From Octopus vulgaris (taxonomy: Eukaryota): DNA of 64,000 nucleotides. Position numbers and translations under genes: made by a program. The stretch covers positions 124,992,001 through 125,056,000 of the forward strand of contig OX597815.1 in the NCBI GenBank assembly GCA_951406725.2, read 5' to 3'. This document shows, piece after piece, positions 41,238 through 54,195 of the stretch (position 1 is its first letter; every line of letters starts with the position of its first letter). A model generated the notes under the pieces. That model was not told the origin of the DNA. It did not search any database and was given only the letters and a program-made list of their open reading frames with translations.

Positions 41238-41850
41238 ACAGATAAGGAGAAATAAATAAAGAGAAAAGAATAAGTGTGTCTCAATTAGACGGACGCCGCA
41301 TACTGAAATGACCGGAAAAGGAAGAAGTAGGATTGAGGCGTGGGTGCTAAGGAGGACAATAGTGAGATGACGTTTGTGTGTCTGTGTGTGTGTGTGTGTG
41401 TGTGCGTGGGCGAACAAATCCGTGAGTGTACGTGTGTGAAGTAATGTGTACATATATACTGTGTATGTGCGTGTATATGCGTAAGACTACTTGATGTTTG
41501 TGTATAAGGTTATCTGATGTATATATGTATAAGGTTATCAGACGTGTGTATGTGAAGCTATTGTATGCGTGTAGCGTGTGAGTACATATGTATGTGACCT
41601 TGTTTTCTGTTTACCTGGGTGTATGAGGCCACCATACATGTATGTGTGTGATGCTATTGAGGGTATGTACATTGTGTTTATGTGTGAGTATGTGTGCGTG
41701 CAAGTATAGATGTATGTCCTTGTTTTCAGTTAGTGAGTGTCTGTGAGGCTGTCGGACAAAGTGTGTATATATGAAGCTAATTTGTGCATGTATGTTTCGC
41801 ATATTTAAGCGTGTGTATACGTGTATATTGGCACGTATATATGAGTGTGA

Positions 41851-42250
41851 AGGCAAGCAGGCAGAATCGTTAGAATGCTGCGCGAAATGCTTAGGAGTAT
41901 TTTGTCTGCCGTTACGTTCTGAGTTCAAATACCGCCGAGGTCGACTTTGCTTTCATCCTTTCGAGGTCGATAAATTAAGTACCAGTTACACACTGGGGTC
42001 GATATAATTGACTTAATCCGTCTGTCTGTCCTTGTTTGTCTTCTCTGTGTTTAGCCCCTTGTGGGTAGTAAAGAAATAGGTATTTTGTCTGCTGTTACGT
42101 TCTGAGTTCAAATTCCACCGAGGTCGACTTTGCCTTTCATCCTTTCGGGGTCGAATAAGTGCCAGTTACGCACTGGATTCGACTTAATCCCTTTGTCTGC
42201 CCTTGTTTGTCCCTTCTATGTTTAGCCCCTTGTGGGCAATAAAGAAATGA
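41851..42250 (+). mobile_element. SINE (family of 4392) with tandem duplication of its 3' part
   Basis: gtattttgtctgc.gttacgttctgagttcaaat...tttagccccttgtggg occurs twice. Confidence 0.85.
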
Positions 42251-43513
42251 GTGTTGGTATATGTGTGTTTTTATGCGCCAGGAGGGAGTTGTGTTGTTCT
42301 GGAACAGAGGTGATAAAAGAGATTGGTGTTGGGAACTCTGTGATGAATATATGGGTGCTAGAGTGTGGCGGGATGTATTATCTGGTTGAACAGAAATGGT
42401 GTTGTGTTCTAAGATAAACGATCTAGGTATGTGTGGGGTAGAAGTCGAGGAGGTCAGTAGGAAGGTAAGAGATTTGTGATGTATTTAAATGTCTGTGGAG
42501 GAAAGGGATTAGCTGAAGAGGGATGGAAGATTTAGACAGCGAGGTACATCCTGCTCTAGACGAAGGCGGGATTCCGAGTGGCCTCTGTACAATGCTATTT
42601 CCAACGCAGACAGATGTTGCAGTGAATGATCAGTCGAGCAGAAATGAGTATCATTGCCGAGTATGATGTTTTGAATTTGTTCGGCGAAACGGTCAGCTAA
42701 CGCCGGCCAGTTTGTCTAATATGTGGTGAGTGGCAAAGAGAGCACAAATTACCAAAGGTTCAAATGAAGGAGTTTGTGATGTTGTAGGGACAGTGGTGCT
42801 GGAGAAAAAGGGACAGGTGCATCAGCATGGACGAAGGTAAGGGAAAGGATGAGTGTCAGGAGGTGGGGAGGAAGCTACAAAGCAGTAAGTTGCATAGGTT
42901 ACAGGTGCGTTTGAAGGAGGGGAGGAAGGGGCTAGGAAAGCTGTGGGAGGTAGAGGAGTCGGATAGGAGTTAGTGGAAAGCGTGTTAAATGGTGCGTCAG
43001 GTAGATCAGGCGAGGAGAAAGGATGCGGGTAGAGGTGAGGTGAGAGTGGATAAAGAGGACGGAATGGAAGTTTGCGAGGTGGGTTTGTAGTGGATGGATG
43101 TGGTAACGAGAGGAGTAGCTGATGGCAAAGGAAATATCTAGGAAGTTAACAGATGTTAGACACAGAGCAGGATAATTCAAGGGTGGGGTGGAAGGATTAG
43201 AGAAAAGAGAGGAAGGAATCGAGATGATCGCGCCGACACGTTTCATCGATGTGCCGACCGCATACAGTGAGAATATTTGGGCCACAACACAGACAATGAG
43301 CAGGTTCGCATAGTTGGTCCCCATTCTCGTGCTAGGCTAAGAATCGGGACAGAAATCAAGGAAATATTTGAAATCAATGAGGCCTTCATTATGTGATGTA
43401 CAGAGAATTGGTGTCAAGGGTGAATAAGAGACGGAATGGTCCTAAAGGAAATGAGAAGGAATTAGAGATGTAGAGTATGGTTGGTGTCATGAATTTGTGA
43501 GGGGACAAAGATC

Positions 43514-43550
<37 letters not shown>

Positions 43551-43903
43551 TCAATGTAGATATTCAAATACATCCAGACGACTCTGTAGAAATCGAACCC
43601 AGCTAAATTACTCAGTTTTTACCACAATAATCCATATATGTTGTTCATTTCCTGTGACATCCAATTTGTAACAAACACCAATTAAATTCATCACTGAGAA
43701 TCAGAGCAAAAAATTCTAACCATGAAAAGAATACAATGGTACCTAATTTTTCTTTTGGTATGGTATTGTTGTGCAGCTGAAGGATCGATTAACTATGCGT
43801 ATTAGAATGTGCAATGCTTGGGTTCTGTCAGGCTATTTGAAACGCATGAAAGTCAAATAAATCGTTGATAACTCATCATCATGCTTTGTTTTATGTATGT
43901 GTC

Positions 43904-43959
<56 letters not shown>

Positions 43960-44122
43960 CAGAGCGGGGAGGGAGATATGTATATAGAGAGGCATATGTA
44001 CATATATATATGCACACATCTGTATATACAAACATACATACATATACACAGGTACACCCATATATATATATATATATTATATATATACACACACACACAT
44101 ACAGCCACAAGAATGGATAGGT

Positions 44123-44213
44123 TTTTAGTACAATCGTTTCATACAAGGACAGGCTTTATTAAAAGTTGCAAAAATTACAGCATATAAACGTGTCCCGTAC
44201 TCATCAGCTAAAA
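44123..44213 (-). ncRNA. Type I hammerhead ribozyme (inverted copy)
   Basis: Exact reverse complement of 44616-44706. Confidence 0.78.
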
Positions 44214-44269
44214 TACATGTGAGTTCTCTAGACATCCTAGTGGTTGAGGCTATATTATTATGGTTGAGG

Positions 44270-44329
44270 TTATTAGCATTATAGAGAGGGTGAATTAGGA
44301 TTAATTCACCCTCTCTATAATGCTAATAA
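44270..44329. repeat. Perfect 28-bp hairpin with 4-nt loop
   Basis: ttattagcattatagagagggtgaatta-ggat-taattcaccctctctataatgctaataa. Confidence 0.95.
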
Positions 44330-44615
44330 GCAGGAATTGAAACCCACCTCGTTGTAATTAACAATGGATAAATTTGTCTTCTGTGAGTATGTAATCCCTC
44401 ATCATATCTCTGGAAATTCATATGTGCACTATGGATTAGGTCACCTTCTCTGTGATGCTATTAAAACTTTTTTAAAATTCTGTGATAAGACTGTACATCA
44501 TCTTTAATGAACTTTAATGAACTTTAGAAATCTGTTTATATTATGTTACTTAATTATCTACATTACTTCATGAGTATAGCCTCAACCACTAGGATGTCTA
44601 GAGAACTCACATGTA

Positions 44616-44706
44616 TTTTAGCTGATGAGTACGGGACACGTTTATATGCTGTAATTTTTGCAACTTTTAATAAAGCCTGTCCTTGTATGAAACGATTGTA
44701 CTAAAA
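44616..44706 (+). ncRNA. Type I hammerhead ribozyme
   Basis: Stem I TTTTAG / CTAAAA; core CTGATGA 44622-44628; stem II GTAC-GGGACA / TGTCCT-T-GTAT; GAAAC 44689-44693; loop GATT; GTA 44698-44700. Confidence 0.8.
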
Positions 44707-44855
44707 ACCTATCCATTCTTGTTGCTTCTTTCTCGCTTATAATCACCCCACATTACTGTATTGTTAAATCAGTATAGTTTTTTTTTTGGTGCATCTAAGT
44801 TAGGTACCATATTCAAGTTAATTCATTTAAATTAACTTGAATCTTTATTGCTTTT

Positions 44856-44890
<35 letters not shown>

Positions 44891-45175
44891 GCATACATAC
44901 ACATAAGAATATATATGTACATGCAAGCATATATATGTGCATAAATGTGAGTGCATACACATATATATACATATATGCTTACATATATACATATATATGC
45001 ATACATGTGTGTGTGTGTGTATCTTAGCCAATATTAAACAGTGCAAGTACATTGCAATATTTCAAATGCATATTAAATGCAAAGTTTCTAATATGATGTT
45101 CAGATAACATCAAATTTAATTTGTTACCTATCCAAGAATGTATAGAGGACACAGTGTGATGCATGGTTGCATAAG

Positions 45176-45207
<32 letters not shown>

Positions 45208-45491
45208 TATGTATGTATGTATGCATCATCGTCATTTTAATGGCCAAGCTTCAGTGGGTCAGACGGAATTCAATGACGTAGATATACCTGTCATCAACAA
45301 TCACCTTCTCCAGACTTGTTCTGACAGAAAATTAATAAAACCATTTGTATGACTGTAGCATTTATTTTGTAACTATCACTTGACATCAAGACAGAAATAC
45401 ACACACACACACACACACACACGCACGTGTAATGAATTTTTTTTTCATTATTTACATTTGATGGATATTTGTCCCCGTCTTGTTTGTTGTT

Positions 45492-45541
45492 AACACAACG
45501 TTTCGGCTGATATACCCCCACCCCAGCCTTCATCAGGTGTC
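45492..45541 (-). ncRNA. Minimal type I hammerhead ribozyme
   Basis: GACAC-CTGATGA-A-GGCTG-loop-CAGCC-GAAAC-GTT-GTGTT. Stems I and II pair, and stem III is the loop-less palindrome ACGT. Confidence 0.82.
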
Positions 45542-45723
45542 TTAGGGAAATTTCAAACCTGTGTTCTCATTCCTAAGTTATTTTTCAATGTTATTATTAT
45601 TATTCAGGTCACTGCCTGGAATTGAACTCGGAATCTTGGGGTTAGTAGCCCGCGCGCTGAACCGTAGTGGTTAAGAAAGCGGGCTACTAACCCCAAGATT
45701 CCGAGTTCAATTCCAGGCAGTGA

Positions 45724-45771
<48 letters not shown>

Positions 45772-45843
45772 TAATAATAATAACAATGACAATAACATCG
45801 AAAAATATCTAGGAATGAGAACCAAGGTTCGAAATTTCCCCAA

Positions 45844-45889
45844 GACACCTGATGAAAGCTGGAGGGTATATCAGCCGAAACGTTGTGTT
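45844..45889 (+). ncRNA. Minimal type I hammerhead ribozyme
   Basis: GACAC-CTGATGA(45849-55)-A-AGCTG-gagggtatat-CAGCC-GAAAC(45877-81)-GTT-GTGTT; G10.1 is changed to A in this copy. Confidence 0.75.
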
Positions 45890-46108
45890 AATAATAAACA
45901 AGATGATGACAAATATCCGTCAAATGTAAATAATGTACTTAATTCCTCATCTCTTAAATATAGAACTGAATCTTTTTCAGTTTTCATCAACCAAATTCAC
46001 TCACAAGACTTTGATTATTACTGAAGACACTTGCCAAGGTGCTATGTTGTAGGGACTGAGCCCACAACCATGTGGTTGAGACGCAAAGTTCTTAACCTCA
46101 AAGCTACA

Positions 46109-48130
46109 CATCATCATCACTGTCGTTTAACGACCGCTTCCCATGCTGGTATGGATTGGACGGTTTGATTGAGGACAGGCAATCCGGGATGCTGCACCAG
46201 ACTCCAATCTGATCTAGCAAGGTTTCTACAGTGGGATGCCCTTCCTAACGCCAACCATTTCGAGAGTGTAGTGGATGCTTTTTGCATACTACTGACATGT
46301 GAGCCAGTCAGGTGGCACTGGCATCGACCACGCTTGAATGGTGCTTTTTATGTGCCATCGGCACGGAAGCCAGTCAGGCTTCATTGGCATGGATCACGCT
46401 CATATGGTGCTTTTTATGTTCCACCGGCACGGAAGCCAGTCCGACGGCACTGGCATCGACCACGCTCGAAAGGTGTGCCACTCGGCATAGGTGCCAGTCA
46501 AGCGGTACTGGCATCGACCACGACAGCAGTTTTCCTTGACCCAATAGGTCTTCTCAAGTGCAGCACATTGTCCGACGATTGAAAGGAACTCTTAAATGGG
46601 CCAGTTATGTGACACTGACATAGGCCATAGCTATGATCTCACTTAGCTTGCTGGGTTTTCTCAAACACAGCATATCTCCAAAGGTCTTAGTCGCTTGTCA
46701 TTGCCTCAGTGAGACCCAACGTTCAAAGGTCGTGCTTCAACACCTCATCATAGGTCTTCCTGGGTCTACCTCTTCCACAGTTAGAAATCGGCACTTCTTT
46801 ACACAGCTGTCTTCATCCATACGTAACACATAACCATACCAGTGCAGTCATCTTTCTTGCACACCACACCTGATGCATCTTATGCCCAACTTTTCTCTCA
46901 GGGTGCTTACACTCTGTCGTATATGTACACTGACATTACACATCTAGCGGAGCATACTAGCTTCATTTCTTTCAAGCCTATGCATGTCCTCAGCAGTCAC
47001 AACACGTGTTTCTCTACCGTGTAGCATGGCCGTTCGCACACATGCGTCATATAGTCTACCTTTCATTCTGAGCAAGAGGCCCTTTGTTACCAGCAGAGGT
47101 AGGTGCTGCCTGAACTTTGCTCAGGTTATTCTTATTCTAGCAGCTATGCTCATAGAACATCAACCCCCACTGCTGACTTGGAACGGAAGCTATCAACTAC
47201 TTCTAGTTTTTGCCCCTGGCATGTGATGGAAGCAGTTTTCTGCACATTTTCAGTGTTTATTGCTCCTGTGCATCTGCCACACACAAAAACTATCTTCCCA
47301 GTTAACTACTCTTTGATATTGCTGCACTTCTTATGTGTCCATAGCTTACCCCGGGTACCTCCTATGGAGTTTCTACTTAAACCGTTCCTACAGATCGAGC
47401 AGAGCTCTACTACTGAAAGGATTTGTGGTTTGTCTGCCTTCCTACTTACTAAGACTTTGGCTTTTTGCTAGATTGACTCTAAGGCCCTTCGATTCTAGAC
47501 TTTGCTTTTCTAGATCTGGTAGTAACGCAGCTATTAGAGCAAGGTCATCAACATAGAGGAGCTCCCAGGGACTTCCTCTGTCATTGCCTGAAGGACTATG
47601 ATGAATAAGAGGAGCTGAGGACTGATCCTTGTTGGACCATTACTCTTAACTGGAATTCTTCACTATACTCGTTGCCAAACTTCACCTTACTGACAACGTC
47701 CCTGTGCATAGCTTGTACAGCTCTCACTAACCACTCACCTATATTAGTTTCCACATTGACCACCAGATAAAGGATCAGGGAACCCTGTCAAAGGTTTTCT
47801 CCATGTCAACGAAAGCCAAGTACAGAGGTGTATCTTTGGCTTGAAATTTCTCCTGCAGCTGTCTTACCAGAAAGTGGTGCTTCTCCCTGGAACAAACCCA
47901 AACTGCATATCGTCTAAACTAATTCTCTCCCAAATTAGTCGGGCTATGACCCTCTCAGTGACTTTTATCACCTGATCCAACAATTTGATACCTCTGTAAT
48001 TATTCCTGTCTAATGCATCACCTTTTCCTTTATAGCAGTTGACTATGGTGCTGCTAAACCAGTCATTGAGTATGACTCCTTCATGTATCATCTGGGTGAC
48101 TAGACTATAGCCTACACTGCCATTATATTC
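46109..48130 (-). mobile_element. RTE-like LINE remnant with (ATG)n tail; ~60-bp tandem repeats at 46290-46520
   Basis: YKGKGD...NYRGIKLL, MQFGFVPGRSTT, QGSVLS.LLFIIVL, ELLYVDDLAL. Confidence 0.85.
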
Positions 48131-48156
48131 AATAGGCCTCATAATCATACTGTTAT

Positions 48157-48549
48157 ACTCTTTTATTTGTTTCAGTCATTTGACTGTGGCCATGCTGGGG
48201 CACTGCCTTTAGTCAAGCAAATCTACCCCAGGACTTATTCTTTATAGGCCTAGTACTTATTCTATCAGTCTCTTTTGCTGAACCACTAAGTTACGGAGAC
48301 GTAAACACACCAGCATCGGTTGTCAAGCGATGTTGGGGGATGACAAACACAGACACACAAACATATACACACACATACACATATATATGACGGGCTTCTT
48401 TCAGTTTCCATGTACCAAATCCACTCACAAGGCTTTGGTTGGCCCGAGGCTATAGTAGAAGACGCTTGCCCAAGGTGCTACACAGTGGGACAGAACCTGG
48501 AACCATGTGGTTGGTAAGCAAGCTACTTACCACACAGCCACTCCTGCGC
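48157..48549 (-). mobile_element. Full-length tRNA-derived SINE
   Basis: Reverse complement of gcgcaggagtggctgtgtggtaagtagcttg...aaatgactgaaacaaataaaagag. Confidence 0.9.
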
Positions 48550-48859
48550 TTATGATTTAGTTTCTAAAATAATTCATTTACTTTTTTACTATTTCACTCA
48601 TTGCTTAAAGTACCTAGGTAACTAATCTCCTTCTGCAAAGGATACAGTTCTCTGCTTCAGATAACACTCCCAGAAAATCTAGCACCCATTTCTCACAGCT
48701 ACATAAATCAGACGTATAGAATTATGAGTCCTGCCAATAAACAACAAAATATGTGCAGTTAAATATGGACATAAATAAATCTATCCATTAATTTGTCTTC
48801 ATATTGTGCAAGTTGGTGTTAGTAAATAAATAAATCTAAGGTAATTTTACAATATAAAG

Positions 48860-48930
48860 AAATGAAACAATAACAAAAAGCCAACAACAACAAAAAAACA
48901 TATCTTTATAAATTGTAAACAGAATTTATT
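48860..48930 (-). promoter_or_regulatory. Candidate polyadenylation site of the minus-strand gene
   Basis: AATAAA on the minus strand (48930-48925), followed ~25-30 nt later by a GT/T-rich downstream element (tgtttttttgttgttgttggctttttgtt). It closes a repeat-poor ~2.7 kb stretch after the stop codon. Confidence 0.5.
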
Positions 48931-51200
48931 CTCATCACTTGGGACAAGAAAAGTAGAAATAGAAATATTAAAACAACAGTGCATTCTGCTCCAGTGATTA
49001 GGACACTGCTACCACCAAGAAGAACGAGTCAGAATCAATATAATAAAGATAAAACAGTGTTTCTTTGTGTTTTTCGGTTTTCCATTTTGCTTTGCATCAT
49101 CTGAGCTTTTCAGATATTCTGGAGTAAGAACTTTTAATTTTAAAATTCTAACTACAAACGGTTGTGTTCAATTTTAGGTTTTTGCATTTAAACAAACTAC
49201 CCTCATATTTGAGATATTTTTCTGTAAGTTACCTGATGTCAACACATTTTGTTATTCTTATTCTGACAAAGTGTTTTTGTATAATTTTTTAATCTAATTT
49301 TGTAATGTTATTTTATTGAGTTATGGTATTTAAAATGAAAGATGAAAATTTTTCTCTTTTTTTTTTTCAATAAATTCAGAATGCAACAATTTTGATACTC
49401 AAAGATATCCTTACATACTGTTGTCCTATTAATCCAAATTTAACTTGGTAGACATTTTGTAACATTTAACAACAATTTCCAAACGTGATCAGGAATTTCA
49501 GACCAAAATATGAAAATGATCATTCATAATAAAATATATACAAAAGAGAAAACAATAAATTCCCAATCACTAGAAGGAAAATCTTATATGTATATCATCT
49601 AAAAATGGAAGGTACTTTATAGATACACACACACATACATATGTATATATATATATGTAAATACATATAGGCATATATATGATGTATATTTATATATGTG
49701 TAAATATATATAAACATGTACACACACACACATAGAGAGTGGGAGAGGGATTGGTGAAGTTTTCTTTTGAATTGCAAACAAACAAGTACATAGTATATCA
49801 TGTAAAGTTTGTATATTTTATTTGAATTCAATGCTTCTTGAAATCTTATTCTATATTTCATGTTATTAGTTATTTAAATGATTTAAGAAGTAACATGACA
49901 ATATATAAGCAAAAATTATCATAAAAACATAAGCAGTCATTGAGATTTAATCAGTGGTTGAAAAACTATTAGAAAATGCATCTATTCAATTGTCATAAAA
50001 AGAACATCTGCTCACATGCAACAACGGTTGATATTTTCATGTCTTTAATATATGTGTGAAAAAAAACAAGGAAGGTTTCTGTGGTACAGTTTTTAGTACT
50101 GATGCATAACTGAATACTATCTTTTGCTTAAAAATGTGACAGTGTAATGCCAAAATCTGGCAAATCCATTATATGGGAAATAAACTATTTCTGCCAGTTG
50201 GTATTTGGAATTCTTCCATAAATATCAATGGAACTGCTTACAAGGATTCACCAATTGTAATCTTTTGTTCAAAACTGTAAAAAGCAGTTATAGTATTATA
50301 TTGATTCTTGCAGCATATGTATGTATACATTCAGATATTCAGACAGCTCACCAATTCATATCCAAAATATTTTTATCTTATTGTCAGTTGGAAAGGCAGT
50401 ACCTGTGAACCTTTACAGAGCTGTCAAAACTCCCTAAACTAGAGACCTATCTCAAATGCTTGCAACAGACAGGACTCTGCTAAAGTCACCCAGGGACCAG
50501 GAGGTGCTGTGAAAATGGGTGAGGGGTTAATTACATTTTGAGCTTAAAAGATGTTGCTGTAAACTATTACTAAATCAATTGGTCTACTGTAGAACACATG
50601 CCCTGCTATATTAATGGCCTAAAAAGGTGTGATGCTTTGCTTTTGGAGAAGTAGAAACTTTTATTCCAGTCTTCAGCATTTTTGGACAAAAGACTGAAAT
50701 TGTAAAATTTTACAAATGCAAACATTGATGTTTATTGAGAAATTTCCAAATACCAACCAATTAGAATATTTTATTTCCCTAACAATGGCACGACCATACT
50801 CCAGAAGAGAATACTTATTGGGAAAAATAAGTTCAGTTATTCTTCAACAGTAAAACTCTCGTAACAACAAACATTTTCCTTTCTTTTGAGTTTTACACAT
50901 ATGAAACTGAAAAGATGAAAATAAGCTTTTGTATGTAAATATATTATGTCACATGTTCTGTGTAAGACAATGAAATAGATGAATATGGAATGCATTTTCT
51001 AATGTTTTTAGGCAACTAACCAAATCTTAAAGTCTAATCATATACTGATGTGTTTACCAATATCTTTGCTTATATACTGTCATGCCACTTCACTTCTTCA
51101 GTTATTTGCATAATTGGTAATGTGAAACACAAGTAATAATACAAGAAGCTTCAAAGATACATCATTGTTGAATTACAAGATACAACTAGAATATGTGTTC

Positions 51201-51238
<38 letters not shown>

Positions 51239-51593
51239 ATCTTGCAAGGGAATGGGTGAGTGGTGTCTTTTTATGATAAAGTTTCTATATATAAACCACG
51301 ATTTCCAAACTAGACAAATCTCGGTGAAGTGAACTGTGAAGAAACTAAAATGGGAAAAAAATACAAACAAAAAATGCTTACAAATACCATTTTACCATTT
51401 TTTTGTTGTTTTGTTTTTGTAATAACAACTCATAATCATTTAGAGAGGATAAATTACAAACAATATGGAATCACAGTAATAATACTTAACAGATGGTTGT
51501 AACACGATGTCACTTATATTTGATGTTGCTGAGACTAGACTTCAAATATCAAGTCCCATGGCTTATGTTATTGCTAGGTGACTGCTGCCAACT

Positions 51594-52045
51594 TTAAGCA
51601 AGTTTCATATCTTTTCCAAGACTGTTAGAAGACTGCATTTTGTATTTGACCGGACCGTGCATTTTGTCATTGTCATCTTGTGATCCTGAAGCAGCGGCCA
51701 TGATAGAGTCATCAACACTACTAGATGTAGGAGGCATTTTTGGTGTCATGTCTGTCATCTCTAAGTTATCTACAATTGTTCGCTCACGATTTTTAATGAT
51801 TGCTACAGAAATATCACTCAGACTACTTTCTCCATTGAACACTGAAGACCGTAAAGATGGAAGTTCGCTGGTCTCAGAATTGCAACGCCGTTCTTTTTTA
51901 GCTTTATCAGATTTGCGGGCACTCTTTGGTGGTCGACTGGATGGTTTATTATTAGACTTTTCCCCTGGACTGTCAGCATCCTCATCAATGGTTGGAAGAG
52001 GTTTGGCAGATGCATCATTTTCGTCATCTGGAACTGAAATATCAT
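51594..52045 (-). CDS. Terminal coding exon of an unidentified host gene (S/D/K-rich, likely disordered C-terminus)
   Basis: Acceptor cttttctttgtgcag at 52046-52047, open frame DDISVPDDEND...KDMKLA*, phase 1 matching the upstream exon. Confidence 0.8.
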
Positions 52046-52582
52046 CTGCACAAAGAAAAGTGTAAAAATTCCATTTAATTTTCATCTGAATATATATATA
52101 CATACATGTTTTGTTTGTATATGAGCTGCTTTGTGTCGGACACTGGAAAGATATTCAATCACTCTATGTAGCGTTTGGGTGTCAGTTTGGTGTCTGACAG
52201 CTTACCTCATGGACAGGTAGAAGCTCTTTAACTTTGGTTGGTAATCTACTAGGAGAAGGAAATCTCCAAAATAAAACCTGAGGCCTTGGAAGTTCCCAGT
52301 TTTGTCAATTCTCATGTCACACCGGTGAAAGTCTTCTTGGGCCAATAGGTGGGGGTAATGCAGTGTGCGCTACACCCACTCGGAATTATTCATCTGCACA
52401 GGTACTTCTTGTACACTGAATCTTAATAAAATCATTGAATTGGTTGGTAGAAACCTAAAAATGCACTTGCAACTCTCTCTCTCTCCCCCTCTCTCTCCCT
52501 CTCAATCTCACACACACATTTTATCTTTGAAAGTCTACATAAAGTAGACTGCCACTGTTTAATATTATAATAATAATAATAA

Positions 52583-52625
<43 letters not shown>

Positions 52626-52628
<3 letters not shown>

Positions 52629-53140
52629 GCCCAGATGCAGTACCAGGCAGTGGCTCTCATGGATTCTTATCTTAACTGATTGGAAGTACTATCATGTATA
52701 TTGTTTTGTCTTGGTATAAAAGATGGGCTACAGTAAATATTCTGTTCAATACCACAGATTTGCTTGTTAGTTTGATGATATGTGCATTTTTGATCATGAG
52801 CAGAAGTAGTGGGGGAGCATCATAGCCATGTATTCAGTGGGGGTCTTTGGGGTTTGGATAATTCACCTTTGAAAACGTAGGTGTTTCGTTCAACAAACAA
52901 CCCTTATTCAGAGACCTTTTGAGTAGGATGGGCTATTTGACCTGAAGAAAATTCTAACTGGGCCCCACCTGCAAGGCCATGTGCTGGTTATCTTGATATG
53001 AGATCACCATGTCGTGCACTTAAGGTTGTGATACATGTGCCAGGTGTACCCTTTTCGGACAGGTAACCATGATGGGAACACTGGGCTTTGTATATTTTAT
53101 CCCAGTGTCACTTTGATGGCATGCACTGTTCTCTCACTCA
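52626..53140. mobile_element. Interspersed repeat inserted in an (AAT)n tract
   Basis: Higher-GC ~515-bp block bounded on both sides by (AAT)n; family not identified. Confidence 0.5.
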
Positions 53141-53141
53141 A

Positions 53142-53205
<64 letters not shown>

Positions 53206-53709
53206 TATCACAGATGATGATGGTGGTGATGGTGATGATGGTGGTGATGGTGATGATGGTGGTGATGATAATAATGATAGTAATAGTGCTGATAATCTAT
53301 CTATCTATCTACACACACGTACACACACACACACTCACAGAGTTCAGCCAACACAAACCTCACCTTGGCTCTTTAGATGTTAACCAAATATGAAAGTATT
53401 ATTTGACAGGCAAGAATTCTGGCGTTGATGACAGCCAGCCAGCCAACCACCCAGCCAGTCAACGAGAGAGACAGACAGACACTACTGTGATGGTGATAAT
53501 GATAAAAACAAAAATAACAATAATAAGATACTGCTGTGACTACACATAAAACAATATCATTGCTGCTGCTGATGATGATGATGGTGATAATGATAATGAT
53601 GATAGTAATAGTGGTGATGATGATAGTAATAGTGGTGATAATGATAATAGTGATAATAAAGGTGATGATAATAACAATAATAAGCCGACTACGGCTGCTA
53701 TAATGGTAC

Positions 53710-54195
53710 GATTATAATTGTAACGGCAATGATGGCCGTCTCCCCACGAGCCAATCAAAGCTCAAAAATGATAACATTATCGTAGCACCAAAATGTTTTT
53801 GGAAACTAAAAGGAAAACTAAATCAGTATACCAAATCGCTTGTCCTATGGTTAATCTGGAAGCGCGTCCCCCAGGGAAGAGCCAGCCTGAGATCAAAAAG
53901 TCATCAACTGGCACAAACTCTTCTCCAAATACGGACATGGATGGTCACTTGAACGGGAAATTCCCCAACTCGAGCCCTTCAAGTTCACCACCACAACCAC
54001 CACAGAAAGAAAAATGAAGCGGAACAAATGGACCCGAGAAGAGTATAAAGAAGTAATATACGCTTATTACTATGCATTAGGTCGGCCATCTCAAGAGAGA
54101 CACACTGCAAACTCTTACAGTATATGGAGAACATGGAATCAAGACAGTAGGCCCTATTTGGACGAGAACAAATTGGCAAATGTAAGGAGGGATAT
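53710..54195 (+). mobile_element. 5' part of an R4/Dong-like non-LTR element
   Basis: RNKWTREEYKEVIYAYY...P...Y.IW...DENKLANVRRDI resembles the N-terminus of R4/Dong ORFs (recognised by eye). Confidence 0.5.

Larger units (their letters stand above)
41170..43505 (-). mobile_element. Penelope-like element remnant: RT, GIY-YIG endonuclease and 3' pLTR region (SINE inserted at 41851-42250)
   Basis: RT MGTNYANL..., SVNFLDIS; GIY-YIG-like CSLC.S.HIRQTGR.LADRFAEQIQNI at ~42660-42750; HHR-like motif at the 3' end. Confidence 0.8.
44107..44855. mobile_element. Non-autonomous HHR-bearing PLE-like element with inverted 148-bp arm
   Basis: 44107-44254 is the exact reverse complement of 44575-44722. 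The plus copy has a ~130-nt tail to (TA)n. Confidence 0.8.
45446..45968. mobile_element. Head-to-head pair of tRNA-headed SINE-like elements, each carrying a hammerhead
   Basis: Arms 45446-45663 (-) and 45664-45935 (+), plus a ~33-nt tail on the + arm. A-box remnant GTAGTGGTTAAG, B-box GAGTTCAATTCC, (AAT)n spacer, then HHR. Confidence 0.85.

Noticed and set aside
46290-46520. ~60-bp tandem repeats resembling a CRISPR array
   Set aside because: No unique spacers, eukaryotic context, and located inside a LINE 3' region.
51640-52065. 141-aa plus-strand ORF
   Set aside because: Antisense shadow of the minus-strand terminal exon.
53725-53785. HDV-like ribozyme at the 5' end of the R4/Dong-like piece
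   Set aside because: P2-like pairing only; no convincing P1/P3, and the catalytic C position reads A.
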